NCBI GenBank assembly: GCA_965195345.1
Contig: OZ239628.1
Coordinates: forward strand, 1,824,001 to 1,888,000
From: an uncultured Thiomicrospira sp.
GTDB taxonomy: Bacteria > Pseudomonadota > Gammaproteobacteria > CAKMZV01
DNA: 64,000 bases
Direction: 5' to 3'
Shown here: positions 41,466 through 54,612 of the stretch, piece after piece
How positions within the stretch are numbered: position 1 is the first letter of the stretch
How the letters are laid out: each line of letters opens with the position of its first letter
Program-made: the position numbers and the translations under genes
The notes under the pieces: generated by a model
What the model saw: the letters and a program-made list of their open reading frames with translations, nothing else
Databases searched by the model: none
Told to the model about the DNA's origin: nothing

Positions 41466-42682
41466 TGATTGTTATGCAAAAAACCAAAAAACTGCTTTCT
41501 TGTGAACAACGATTAAAGCAATCTTTTCAGCAGTTGCCAAAAGATTTATTAACTCAACGTCGAGAACAGGCGTTTGAAGCGTTTAACGTGAATGGATTAC
41601 CCTCACAGAAACATGAAGATTGGCAAAACACACCCATAAGCTCTCTAAAAACACCATCTCCTGCAAGCGTTCCAGGTCAGCTACCGATTTTTGATGTTTT
41701 TGAGATTGATTTTCCTGTTATCAATATTGTTGATGGGCATATAGATTATGCTTCGCTACCGAAAAACATAACAATTGAAGAAAACCTTCCGCCATCACTG
41801 CCAATTAGCGCCGAAGACGACCCACTTTTTTTGATCAACCAAGCCTTTATTCAAAAACATATTACTGTCATTGTTAAAGAAAATGGCTATTTGTGGCTTC
41901 GTTACCTTGGAACTCAAGCGAGCACCGCTAGCTCCCAAATAGACATTCAGGTTGGCTCATCATGTGAGCTAACGGTCATCGAAAGCCACGGGTCTGGGCA
42001 TGCTGAAATGGTGGCCAACCATAGCTTAGGGTTCTGTGTTGGCGCCAATGCACAAGTTAAGCATTACAAGTGGCAAACGCAAAATAAAGAAAGTCAACAT
42101 TTTGCACACCATTTCTTTCATCTTGGCAAAGACGCTCAATTTTCCAGCACGAGCATATTAGCTGGAGGCAGTTTGTGTCGTCAGAATAGTTTCACGCGCT
42201 TGGCTGAATCAGGTTGCACTAGTGAAGTAAACAGCTTATACGTTGGTTCAAAAGGGCAAACAATTGATACCAGGACATTTACAAAGCATCAAGCACCGCA
42301 TTGCAATAGCTATCAAATTCACAAAGGGATTCTGGATGATGATGCAAGAGGCGTTTTTCAAGGCCGCATATACGTTGATCCTCAAGCGCTTAAAACCGAC
42401 GGGCAAATGGATAACCGTGCACTGCTGTTATCTGAAAAAGCACAAAATAACAGCAAACCACAATTGGAAATTTATGCGGATGATGTGAAGTGTTCACATG
42501 GATTTACTTGTGGGCAAATGGACAAAGACCAGTTATTTTATATACAAAGCCGTGGCATTCCGCTTAAAGAGGCTCAAAAATATCTTATGTATGCTTTTGC
42601 TGCTGAAGTGGCATTACGTATTGATTACGAGCCAATGCGCAATGCCGTCGAACGCGCTCTATCAAAACAATTAATTAAATGA
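41465..42682 (+). CDS. sufD: Fe-S cluster assembly protein SufD
   Basis: EDWQNT, GVFQGRIYV, PQLEIYADDVKCSHG, FYIQSRGI. Confidence 0.94.
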   Translation: MIVMQKTKKLLSCEQRLKQSFQQLPKDLLTQRREQAFEAFNVNGLPSQKHEDWQNTPISSLKTPSPASVPGQLPIFDVFEIDFPVINIVDGHIDYASLPKNITIEENLPPSLPISAEDDPLFLINQAFIQKHITVIVKENGYLWLRYLGTQASTASSQIDIQVGSSCELTVIESHGSGHAEMVANHSLGFCVGANAQVKHYKWQTQNKESQHFAHHFFHLGKDAQFSSTSILAGGSLCRQNSFTRLAESGCTSEVNSLYVGSKGQTIDTRTFTKHQAPHCNSYQIHKGILDDDARGVFQGRIYVDPQALKTDGQMDNRALLLSEKAQNNSKPQLEIYADDVKCSHGFTCGQMDKDQLFYIQSRGIPLKEAQKYLMYAFAAEVALRIDYEPMRNAVERALSKQLIK

Positions 42683-43899
42683 AGTCTTTACAAAACATTC
42701 GAGATGATTTCCCTGCGTTGCATCAGGAAATTAACGGTCACCCTCTAATTTACTTAGATAATGCAGCCACATCACAAAAACCTTGGCAAGTAATTGAGGC
42801 GTTGCGTACGCATTACGAATTTAACAATGCTAACGTTCATCGGGGCATCCATACGCTTTCAGATCGAGCAACACGCGCCTACGAGGGAGCACGTGACAAA
42901 ATAGTACAATTTATAAATGCCTCCTCGCGTGAAGAAGTCATCTTTGTCCGTGGTGCTACTGAAGGTATAAATATAGTTTCACAGTGTTTTATTGCCCCCA
43001 ACATTCAAAAAGGCGATGCCGTTGTAATTTCCGAATTAGAACATCATTCAAATATTGTTCCTTGGCAGCTTTTAGAGAAAATGGGATTGGAGGTGCGCTG
43101 GTTACCTGTGAATGACAAAGGGGAGATGGTAATAGATGACCTTGCTGGCTTATTAAATGGGCGTGTTAAGTTAGTAGCTATCAATGCCATTTCAAATTCA
43201 CTTGGCACAGTTTCTTCGGTAAAGACCATTACCGATATTGCCCATCAGCACAATATCCCTGTGCTTGTTGATGCTTGTCAAGTCCCAGCACATGCCAAAT
43301 TGGATGTTCAAGAATGGGATTGTGATTTCTGCGTATTTTCGAGCCATAAAGCATTCGGTCCCACTGGCACTGGCATCCTATACGGGAAAAAACATCACTT
43401 AGAAAACATGCCCCCTTGGTTGGGTGGCGGTGATATGATTTCTGAGGTTCGCTTTGACGGTTTTGAACCAAATGACTTGCCTTATAAATTTGAGGCAGGC
43501 ACACCAAATATAGCTGATGTGATCGCTTTTGGCGTGGCTATTGATTACATTAGTAATTTGAGCAGACCAGAAATATTGGCACATGAAACCAACCTACTCA
43601 ATGCAGCAACCGACGCATTACAACAAGTACCTGGTTTGGAAATAGTTGGCACCAGCAGTCATAAAACTTCAGTACTTTCTTTCTACTTGCCTAAAAGTGA
43701 TTTACATCCTGCTGATATTGGTGCATTGCTTGATAAATATGGTATCGCTATTCGAGCTGGTCACCATTGCACCATGCCAATATTAGCTAAATATGGTTTA
43801 CCTGCAACTGCGCGTGCATCCTTTTCTATCTATAATACGGTTGAAGAGGCGCATGCTTTGGGTGAGGCAATGCAAAAAATTGTTGCTAAATTCTCCTAA
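42679..43899 (+). CDS. sufS: Cysteine desulfurase SufS
   Basis: YLDNAATSQKP, ANVHRG, EHHSN, SSHK (PLP Lys), FEAGTP, RAGHHC. Confidence 0.96.
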   Translation: MKSLQNIRDDFPALHQEINGHPLIYLDNAATSQKPWQVIEALRTHYEFNNANVHRGIHTLSDRATRAYEGARDKIVQFINASSREEVIFVRGATEGINIVSQCFIAPNIQKGDAVVISELEHHSNIVPWQLLEKMGLEVRWLPVNDKGEMVIDDLAGLLNGRVKLVAINAISNSLGTVSSVKTITDIAHQHNIPVLVDACQVPAHAKLDVQEWDCDFCVFSSHKAFGPTGTGILYGKKHHLENMPPWLGGGDMISEVRFDGFEPNDLPYKFEAGTPNIADVIAFGVAIDYISNLSRPEILAHETNLLNAATDALQQVPGLEIVGTSSHKTSVLSFYLPKSDLHPADIGALLDKYGIAIRAGHHCTMPILAKYGLPATARASFSIYNTVEEAHALGEAMQKIVAKFS

Positions 43900-43961
43900 T
43901 CAGCTATTAGTTGCTTTTCCAATTTAGAGTGAAGGCGTTCAGCATCCTTTAAATATAGAGG

Positions 43962-44999
43962 TCATTTGAAAACGGGAAGTACTTCTTTGCAAAACAAATC
44001 CATCGACCGTTTTTGTTCTTTCAGACCCAATCCCATACTAGCATAATAAATAAACGAGTCCACGCCAGCTTCTTGATACAACGTCAGCTTCTTGATAACT
44101 TCATCTGGTGTGCCAAACATCATATTTTCGCTAAGCATCTGTGCTTCGTATTCGGAACGATTCTGCAACTCATCCAACGGGATTCCTTTCGGAAAGCCAT
44201 TTTCAACGTCCCCAAGATTTTTGAACAAATTTTCAAATTGGGATAACTGATTTTGAGCGGCTTGAATGGGAACCATCCATTCATCTTTTCTATCATAGAC
44301 TGCCGTATGGCGCATCATTGCAAAAGTCGGTCTTTTACAACCGGAATTGGCCTGCAACGCTTCGCTCAACCTATCGCAATACAACGCCACTTCAGACATA
44401 GGTTTAGTAATCGGCCACGACATGATATTAAATCCATTTTTCACTGCATAATCAAAGGTTATTGGCGCGCGTGCTGCTACCCAAATTGGTGGATATGGTT
44501 TCTGTAACGGCTTAGGAACGGATGTCGAGAGAGGAAATTTCCAATACTCTCCATCGTGTGCATAATCCTCCTGCCACAATGCCTGAAGAGCAGGAACCAT
44601 CTCCTGCATATAAAGCCAAGCATCCGATTGTTTAAGTCCGTTTTTTAAGCGATCAAATTCACGCTGGTAGGCTCCCGAACCTATGCCAAACTCAAGCCTC
44701 CCGCCACTAATTAAATCAATAAAAGCTGCTTCACCAGCCAAACGAATAGGATGCCAATAAGCTGCTACAGCAACAGCTGTCCCCAAACGAATACTGTTTG
44801 TATTTTCTGCCCATCGAGCAAGGATAAGAAATGGATTAGGTGCGACGGTCATCTCCAAAGCGTGATGCTCGGCAGCCCATACTATTTCAAACCCACCTCT
44901 TTCGGCCATTTGCACCATTTCTAATGTATGCTTCTCAATCTCTGCCATGCTTTGATTGGCATTCATTCTTTCAATATTGATGGCTAAATGAAATTTCAT
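43962..44999 (-). CDS. Luciferase-like flavin-dependent monooxygenase, TgnB-like
   Basis: WAAEHH, TVAPNP, YWHPIRLAGEAA, GAYQREF, PKPLQKPYPPIWVAAR. Resemblance to trigonelline monooxygenase TgnB is from memory of that family. Confidence 0.85.
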   Translation of the reverse strand: MKFHLAINIERMNANQSMAEIEKHTLEMVQMAERGGFEIVWAAEHHALEMTVAPNPFLILARWAENTNSIRLGTAVAVAAYWHPIRLAGEAAFIDLISGGRLEFGIGSGAYQREFDRLKNGLKQSDAWLYMQEMVPALQALWQEDYAHDGEYWKFPLSTSVPKPLQKPYPPIWVAARAPITFDYAVKNGFNIMSWPITKPMSEVALYCDRLSEALQANSGCKRPTFAMMRHTAVYDRKDEWMVPIQAAQNQLSQFENLFKNLGDVENGFPKGIPLDELQNRSEYEAQMLSENMMFGTPDEVIKKLTLYQEAGVDSFIYYASMGLGLKEQKRSMDLFCKEVLPVFK

Positions 45000-45053
45000 A
45001 CTCTTCCTTTGTCAGTTTTGCGTTTTTTCGAACTATTTACTATAATCATCTCT

Positions 45054-45842
45054 TCACAATTTCTTCAAAAACTTCAAAATTGATCGGATAAAGCGTTGTG
45101 GTTGTTCACACAAACCCATGTGTTGTAATTTTGCCACTATCTCAACGGTGCTGCCCTTTATTTCAGAAGCGATTGCTTGGCTCATTTGTGGAGTAGAACC
45201 GCTGTCAAAATAACAAGTCATGACCAGCGTGGGTTGGGTTATCGGTGGATTGGGTCGAATCAACTCAATAACACCTTTTGCTAATACTTGCCTACACTGT
45301 GTATAAATTCTTAAATTATTTGCTAAAACCCATGCACGTACTTGCTCAATGTATTCAGCATTTTCTTCGATAAAGCGTGCAGTAAACCAGCGTTTAATTG
45401 TTGCTTCTAAAGTGGACGCTATGCCTTCCGAAGCGGTATCGATAGCACGTTGTTCAACTAATTTTTGCGCTTGCTCTTCTCGCTCGTGCGGAGAGTTTAG
45501 GATGACTAAAGCCTGAACTCGACATGCATAATCCATTGCAAATCGTCGATTAATCATTCCCCCCAAAGAGAAGCCAACCAAAACACACTGCTCAATTTTC
45601 AGTGCATCAAGCAAAGTAAGTAACTGCTGTGCGTACAATTTTAAATCGGGATTTTTAAATAATTCATCGCTTTGCCCATGTCCTGATAAATCATAGGTAA
45701 TCATGCAGTACTCTTTGGAAAAGGCGCTGACCCAAGATGTCCATATTTGTTGATTCAAACCTAAACCATGTATGAAAACGACACATGGAGCACCCACGCT
45801 GCCAAACTGTTGATAGGCTGTACCCTTGATTTTTTTCAACAT
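45054..45842 (-). CDS. Alpha/beta-fold hydrolase (PcaD/TgnD-like)
   Basis: IHGLGL, GFSLGG nucleophile elbow, DSGSTP Asp, LQHM His. Confidence 0.88.
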   Translation of the reverse strand: MLKKIKGTAYQQFGSVGAPCVVFIHGLGLNQQIWTSWVSAFSKEYCMITYDLSGHGQSDELFKNPDLKLYAQQLLTLLDALKIEQCVLVGFSLGGMINRRFAMDYACRVQALVILNSPHEREEQAQKLVEQRAIDTASEGIASTLEATIKRWFTARFIEENAEYIEQVRAWVLANNLRIYTQCRQVLAKGVIELIRPNPPITQPTLVMTCYFDSGSTPQMSQAIASEIKGSTVEIVAKLQHMGLCEQPQRFIRSILKFLKKL

Positions 45843-46119
45843 TTAAAATTAAGCAGATAAAGTGACTTCGTGTTTGAAATTATTCCTCATTGTATGCTCT
45901 CAAGATACGTAATTCAAATAATTTTATTCATTTTACTTTGCGGAATAAGCGACAAGATAATTCTTAAAAATAACAGGTGAAAAATAACATTTAAACGAGC
46001 AATAGTAATAGTCAAATTAGCATTCTCTGTTTTGATGAATGTTTTACAATGCCCTAAAGTATCATGCCATCTTTTTGTGGCATGTTTTAAATTTAAAACA
46101 AAAAAATCTTGAGAGACTA

Positions 46120-46629
46120 ATGTTTCATTTTCACAAATTAAAAGGGCAAGGTGAAAGTGCACCACCCGCTCCTCCCTTGCGACAAGTCGCACAGGTTTGG
46201 TTAGGTGCCTTTCTCGCTGCTGGGATAATTGGTTTTCTTGCTTGGTACAGCAAGCAACCATTAATTTTAGGCTCCTTCGGCGCCTCAATTTTTGTGCTGT
46301 TTATTCTTCCAGACACCCCATTTGCTCAACCACGTAATGTAATTGGTGGACACCTCGTTGCCACATTGATTGGATTGTTATTTTTCCATTTAATTGGTCC
46401 ACAATGGTGGAGTATGGCGCTATCGTTAGCTACTGCCTTAGCTCTCATGCAACTACTGCGTGTTCCCCACCCGCCGGCAGGATCGAACCCGTTTATCGTT
46501 TTTTTGGCATCGGCAAACTGGGAATTCCTTTTCATTCCAACATTATTAGGTGCTGTGCTACTTGTGGTTGTTGCTTTGTTTTATAACAATATAAATGCTG
46601 ATCGCACTTATCCCAAATACTGGTTTTAA
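46120..46629 (+). CDS. HPP-family membrane protein
   Basis: GSFGAS, AQPRNVIGGH, HPPAG, YPKYW. Start at MFHFHK is more likely than 46039. Confidence 0.92.
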   Translation: MFHFHKLKGQGESAPPAPPLRQVAQVWLGAFLAAGIIGFLAWYSKQPLILGSFGASIFVLFILPDTPFAQPRNVIGGHLVATLIGLLFFHLIGPQWWSMALSLATALALMQLLRVPHPPAGSNPFIVFLASANWEFLFIPTLLGAVLLVVVALFYNNINADRTYPKYWF

Positions 46630-46641
46630 AAACACCAAATT

Positions 46642-47409
46642 ATGCACTTATTAACCTCCACTGATTATTTTGCCCTTTTGAGTCTTATTCTCTGCTGGAC
46701 TGGCTACATAGCCTTCTGCCGTCATTTGACGCGTAAAGGATTGGGATTAGTTGCCATTGTTTCTAATCTGAGATTACACTGGATGAAAAGTTATGTGGAT
46801 AGTGCTGCTGAATCACCTCGCATAGCAGAAGCTCAAGTTTTGAATATGCTGCAAAACAGCGTGAGTTTCTATATAACAATTACCATTTTTGTCCTTGCTG
46901 GGTTAATGGCTATGTTCACATCTCTCGACACAGTAATTGTTGTATTAGATCAATTGCCCTACCAAATTGAAAACGCAACAATAACATTGCCTATTAAACT
47001 ATTACTGCTCATCGTAATTTTCATAATTGCCTTTTTCCGTTTTTCATGGGCATTACGACAAGGACGTTATTACGTAATAGCGTTGTTTGCTTTGCCACAA
47101 AAAGAATTGTCCATACATCAGCAAAAGATTATTTCTGAAAAACTAGCAAAATCTTTATCTATTGCTGCACAATCTTATAACAATGCTTACCATGCCTATT
47201 ACTTTGGGCTTTCAGCATTAAGTTGGATTGTTCATCCGTTGTTATTTATCGCCACCAATATTTGGGTAGTGCTCGTTATATATCGTCGCGAGTTCAAATC
47301 AAGAACATCGCATGTTCTTTTTGAAATCAATACACTTTATGATTCCTTGGAAGACGATACACTAAGCGATAAAACCTTGACCAATACGGATGAACAAAAT
47401 AGAAGTTGA
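46642..47409 (+). CDS. DUF599-family membrane protein
   Basis: RLHWM, FFRFSWALRQ, AYYF, YRREFKS. Confidence 0.85.
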   Translation: MHLLTSTDYFALLSLILCWTGYIAFCRHLTRKGLGLVAIVSNLRLHWMKSYVDSAAESPRIAEAQVLNMLQNSVSFYITITIFVLAGLMAMFTSLDTVIVVLDQLPYQIENATITLPIKLLLLIVIFIIAFFRFSWALRQGRYYVIALFALPQKELSIHQQKIISEKLAKSLSIAAQSYNNAYHAYYFGLSALSWIVHPLLFIATNIWVVLVIYRREFKSRTSHVLFEINTLYDSLEDDTLSDKTLTNTDEQNRS

Positions 47410-47419
47410 TTCTAAGTTA

Positions 47420-48364
47420 TTAATATCCTAATACGCTAACGACTGACCGAACTGCTTCAGCAGAGTTATCGAGCATGGCTTTTTCATTACTATCCAAATC
47501 CATTTCGACAATACGCTCCACACCTTCGCGCCCCAAAATAACAGGCAACCCAAGAAAGAGATCGGAATATCCGTACTCACCATTGGTATGAATAGCACAC
47601 GGAATAACACGTTTTTGGTCACGTAAAATTGACTCAATCATAACTGCCATGCCAGCTGCTGGTGCATAGTACGCACTGTAACCCAATAAACCGACGATCT
47701 CTCCCCCGCCAGCAGCAGTACGCTGGATTATTGAATCTAATCGGTCTTTAGAGATGAGTTCTGTTACTGGAATACCTCCTACTGAAGTATGTCGAGGTAA
47801 GGGTACCATGGTGTCACCATGACCACCAAGAACCATACCATGCACATCCTTAACACTTACATTCAATTCCTGTGCAATGAATGCTTTGTATCGAGCTGTG
47901 TCCAATGCCCCTGCTTGACCAATAATACGTTTTGATGAGAATCCTGTGACATGCTTCATAACATGGCACATAGCATCTAATGGGTTAGTCATCATGATAA
48001 TGATGCTATCGGGTGCGTATTTCTTAATATCTCCTGCCACTTTCTCCATGATGTTTTGATTGATTTGCACCAATTCATCACGACTTGGAAATTTCCCCGT
48101 TTTTGGGTCTTTACGTCGAGGAACTCCAGCAGTGACTGCCACAATATCTGCCCCTTCAATGATACTCGCTTCGTTACTACCTGAAACTCTTGAGTCAAAT
48201 CCAATGGCAGGGCTCGCTTGAAACAAATCTAAGCTTTTCCCCTCTGCAACTGAGCCTGCAACGTCAAACATGACTACATCGCCAACCTCTTTCTGTGCCA
48301 ACCAATGACCTGTAGTAGCACCAACGTTACCAGCTCCATATAGAGCAATTTTGTTTTTTTTCAT
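47420..48364 (-). CDS. mdh: LDH-like malate dehydrogenase with active-site loop insertion
   Basis: GAGNVG, TAGVPR, NPLD, LDTAR, GGHGDTM, RTAAGGGEIV, SAYYAPA. Confidence 0.88.
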   Translation of the reverse strand: MKKNKIALYGAGNVGATTGHWLAQKEVGDVVMFDVAGSVAEGKSLDLFQASPAIGFDSRVSGSNEASIIEGADIVAVTAGVPRRKDPKTGKFPSRDELVQINQNIMEKVAGDIKKYAPDSIIIMMTNPLDAMCHVMKHVTGFSSKRIIGQAGALDTARYKAFIAQELNVSVKDVHGMVLGGHGDTMVPLPRHTSVGGIPVTELISKDRLDSIIQRTAAGGGEIVGLLGYSAYYAPAAGMAVMIESILRDQKRVIPCAIHTNGEYGYSDLFLGLPVILGREGVERIVEMDLDSNEKAMLDNSAEAVRSVVSVLGY

Positions 48365-48503
48365 TTTTTCTCCTAATTGAAAATTCGCTTAAAAAACGAG
48401 TGCGATATTATTTTCCTACTGCTTTTTAAAGACTATTCACGCAGCAACAAGACCTTCTTTAAATTGTACTGTAAATCACTTTTCTTTACAGATACTCTCT
48501 TTT

Positions 48504-49286
48504 TTATTGTTTGATTATTTTCCGCGAAAAAATGTCTCCCTTTTTCCAAACAATATACTCTTGCGGAAGCATAACGGTCCACTCTTCATTATCAGTCAAC
48601 TCTTCGGTACTGATAACTGTAACAATATCGTTGACCCCAGTTACTCGAGAAAAATCAATAGACATGGCGGCATTCGCTAAAGCTGCCTCTCCAAAGGGAG
48701 CTCGTCGAGTAATCCAACGCAATTTAGTAGCACAATAACAATAAAGGTAACTCCCTTCTGTCATCAGTATATTAAATACGCCTAATTTTGCAAGAATTAG
48801 TGATTTTTCATATATGAAATTTGAAACTTGTAGATCAGTTTTCCTATCTGGAAATTTCTGATCCATCTCGTTGAGTAACCAACAAAAAGCGTGTTCACTG
48901 TCCGTGGTCCCAATTGGCTTAAATCGACCAAGTGGCATTTTTTTAACGCCTTTTAACTGACCATTATGCGCGAAAGACCATTCCTTCCCCCATAATTCAC
49001 GAGTGAATGGATGAGTGTTCTTTAAACATACACCCCCACTATTTGCTAACCGTATATGGCTGATTGCAACATTGCTTTTGATGGGGTAGTTTAACATGAG
49101 TTTGGCAATGCTTGAACTGGTACTCGGCAAATGATCATGAAACGCGCGCATGCCACCATCCTCGTATAACACTAAACCCCAACCATCACGATGAGGACCT
49201 GCTTTTCCTCCGCGCACGACAAGTCCACGCAGACTAAAACATAAGTCAGTTGGTACATTAGCACTCATTCCAAGTAATTCACACAT
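48504..49286 (-). CDS. Class II glutamine amidotransferase (YafJ-like)
   Basis: MCELLGMSANVPTD, HRDGWG, SHIR, NTHPF, AHNGQL, GTTDSE. Confidence 0.92.
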   Translation of the reverse strand: MCELLGMSANVPTDLCFSLRGLVVRGGKAGPHRDGWGLVLYEDGGMRAFHDHLPSTSSSIAKLMLNYPIKSNVAISHIRLANSGGVCLKNTHPFTRELWGKEWSFAHNGQLKGVKKMPLGRFKPIGTTDSEHAFCWLLNEMDQKFPDRKTDLQVSNFIYEKSLILAKLGVFNILMTEGSYLYCYCATKLRWITRRAPFGEAALANAAMSIDFSRVTGVNDIVTVISTEELTDNEEWTVMLPQEYIVWKKGDIFSRKIIKQ

Positions 49287-49381
49287 AATGTGCTATTGTA
49301 ATCGGAGTATAGGAATAGGATTAGTTCGGTCACGCATTTTTATTAGATACAATAAGCACTATTCCATCTATTTGCCATATT

Positions 49382-52428
<3,047 letters not shown>

Positions 52429-52449
52429 CTTAACTAATCAACTATATTC

Positions 52450-53328
52450 ATGACTACTAATCCCTTTTCAATTAAGTCCCTTCCTTTAACACATCAAGGA
52501 AAAGTGCGCGATATTTATTCCATAGACAATGATAAATTGTTGATGGTTTCTACAGACAGAGTCTCTGCATTTGATGTCATACTGCCCGATTTAATAGAGG
52601 ATAAAGGTGTTGTTCTTACAGATATTTCCAAATTCTGGTTCGATAAAACCAGTGGCATCGTCAACAACCATATTATCAAAGACTTCAATTTACGGAGCGT
52701 TTTAACTGAAGATGAGTATCAACGCGTCCATCGCCATTCAATGGTTGTGCATCGGCTGAAACCTTTGCCTGTAGAAGCTATTGTGCGCGGATATCTAATA
52801 GGATCAGGATGGAAAGAATATTGCCAATCTTCCTCTGTATGCAGCTTGCCTCTACCATCAGGCTTGGAGCAAGCGGAAAAAATGCCTCAACCACTTTATA
52901 CACCTTCTACTAAGGCAGCTGTAGGCGAGCACGATGAAAATATATCGTATGAACGCACTATTGAAATTCTCGGCGAAGCACTAGCTGATAAAATTCGAAG
53001 CATCAGTTTGAAGCTTTATGAAAGTGCTGCTGAGTATGCTTTGATGAGAGGAATTATCATCGCGGACACTAAGTTTGAATTTGGATTAGACCAGAACAAT
53101 GAAATCACCTTGATGGATGAAGCACTTACTCCAGACTCTTCTCGCTTCTGGGATATAAAAACTTACAAAACTGGAACGTCGCCTGAAAGTTTTGACAAGC
53201 AAATAATACGCGATTATCTGGAAACGCTTGATTGGGACAAAACGAACCCTGGACCTAGTCTTCCAAAACCAATCGTACAGCGCGCTCAATCACGCTATTC
53301 TGAAATCAAGGAAATTCTTACCAGTTAA
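52450..53328 (+). CDS. purC: SAICAR synthetase
   Basis: GKVRDIY, DRVSAFD, VRGYLIGSGW, TPSTKA, ADTKFEFG, DEALTPDSSRFW. Confidence 0.97.
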   Translation: MTTNPFSIKSLPLTHQGKVRDIYSIDNDKLLMVSTDRVSAFDVILPDLIEDKGVVLTDISKFWFDKTSGIVNNHIIKDFNLRSVLTEDEYQRVHRHSMVVHRLKPLPVEAIVRGYLIGSGWKEYCQSSSVCSLPLPSGLEQAEKMPQPLYTPSTKAAVGEHDENISYERTIEILGEALADKIRSISLKLYESAAEYALMRGIIIADTKFEFGLDQNNEITLMDEALTPDSSRFWDIKTYKTGTSPESFDKQIIRDYLETLDWDKTNPGPSLPKPIVQRAQSRYSEIKEILTS

Positions 53329-53459
53329 CTCCAAATAATCCTTATATTTTTCAAAAACATTGTAAATTTAAAAACTTATTTATAGCATAGTGTATACTAA
53401 TTGCATTAATACAGTTTTTTATCGGACAAAGCATTTAGATTAAACTTTAGGGAGAAATC

Positions 53460-54566
53460 ATGACAGAAGCTACAAAAAAAATGGATCGTAGATCGTTTAT
53501 CAAATCAACAGGAGTGGCTGCTATTGCCGCAACGGGCATCGCAGCTCCAACAATTGCCACAGCAAAAACCACACGTTTAAAAATGGTCACATCTTGGCCA
53601 AAAAACTTCCCCGGACTGGGCACAGCTGCTGCACGTTTTGCCAAGCGCATTGAAGAAGCTTCTGATGGTCGATACAAAATTCGCGTCTACGCAGGCAATG
53701 AATTAGTGCATCCTCTTAAGTGTTTAGATGCTGTTCAAGAAGGTACTGCCGAACTTTACCACTCTGCAGATTATTACTATAAAGGAAAAACTCCTGCTTT
53801 TGCATTCTATTCTGCCGTTCCTTTTGGCTTTACAGCGACCGAAATGGATGCTTGGATACATCATGGTGGTGGACAACAACTGTGGGATGAGTTGAGTGCG
53901 GATTTTGGAGTGAAGCCTTTTCCATGTTCAAATACTGGCGTTCAAATGGGTGGGTGGTTCAAAAAACCAATAACCTCTCTCGCCGACCTAAAAGGGCTGA
54001 AAATGCGTATGCCTGGACTGGGTGGAGATGTATTGAATGCCTTAGGTGGTAACGCCATTACATTGGGTGGCTCTGAAATTATGCCTGCTCTTCAAGCTGG
54101 AACAATTGATGCGACGGAGTGGGTTGGTCCGTGGAACGATCTTGCTTTTGGCTTCTACAAAGTAGTTAAAAATTACATGTACCCTGGATTTCATGAGCCA
54201 GGAACTACTTTGTCGCTCGGTATTAGTCGTAAGTTTTGGGATAAATTATCTAAGGCAGACCAAGCTATGTTTACCGCTTGCGCTTATGCCGAAAACAACT
54301 ACGGCTACGCTGAATTCACTGCCCACAATGGCCGCGCACTTGAAACACTTGTTAAAAAACATGGCGTTAATGTTTTTGAAATGCCTGACGATGTGTTCAA
54401 AGCGATTGGTGCCGCTTCAGCTGACGTATTGTCAAGCGCGGGTAAGAAAGATGCGATTTCTGGTAAGGTCTATAATAGTTTCCTCAAGTTCCATCGTGAT
54501 GTTACGAATTGGACTGCCTTAGCCGATCAAGCTTATGCAAACAAACGTTCTTTATATAGACTTTAA
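53460..54566 (+). CDS. dctP: TRAP transporter substrate-binding protein (TakP/SmoM-like, Tat signal)
   Basis: DRRSFIK Tat motif, MVTSWPK, NTGVQMGGWF, RMPGLGG, EWVGP, YPGFHEP. Confidence 0.92.
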   Translation: MTEATKKMDRRSFIKSTGVAAIAATGIAAPTIATAKTTRLKMVTSWPKNFPGLGTAAARFAKRIEEASDGRYKIRVYAGNELVHPLKCLDAVQEGTAELYHSADYYYKGKTPAFAFYSAVPFGFTATEMDAWIHHGGGQQLWDELSADFGVKPFPCSNTGVQMGGWFKKPITSLADLKGLKMRMPGLGGDVLNALGGNAITLGGSEIMPALQAGTIDATEWVGPWNDLAFGFYKVVKNYMYPGFHEPGTTLSLGISRKFWDKLSKADQAMFTACAYAENNYGYAEFTAHNGRALETLVKKHGVNVFEMPDDVFKAIGAASADVLSSAGKKDAISGKVYNSFLKFHRDVTNWTALADQAYANKRSLYRL

Positions 54567-54578
54567 TTATTTCTTGGT

Positions 54579-54603
54579 AAGGGGCGTAGTCTAAACGCCC
54601 CTT
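54579..54603. terminator. Intercistronic hairpin between dctP and dctQ
   Basis: aaggggcgt-agtctaa-acgcccctt: perfect 9-bp stem with no clear U-tract (mRNA stabiliser or partial terminator). Confidence 0.6.
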
Positions 54604-54612
54604 CCATTCACC

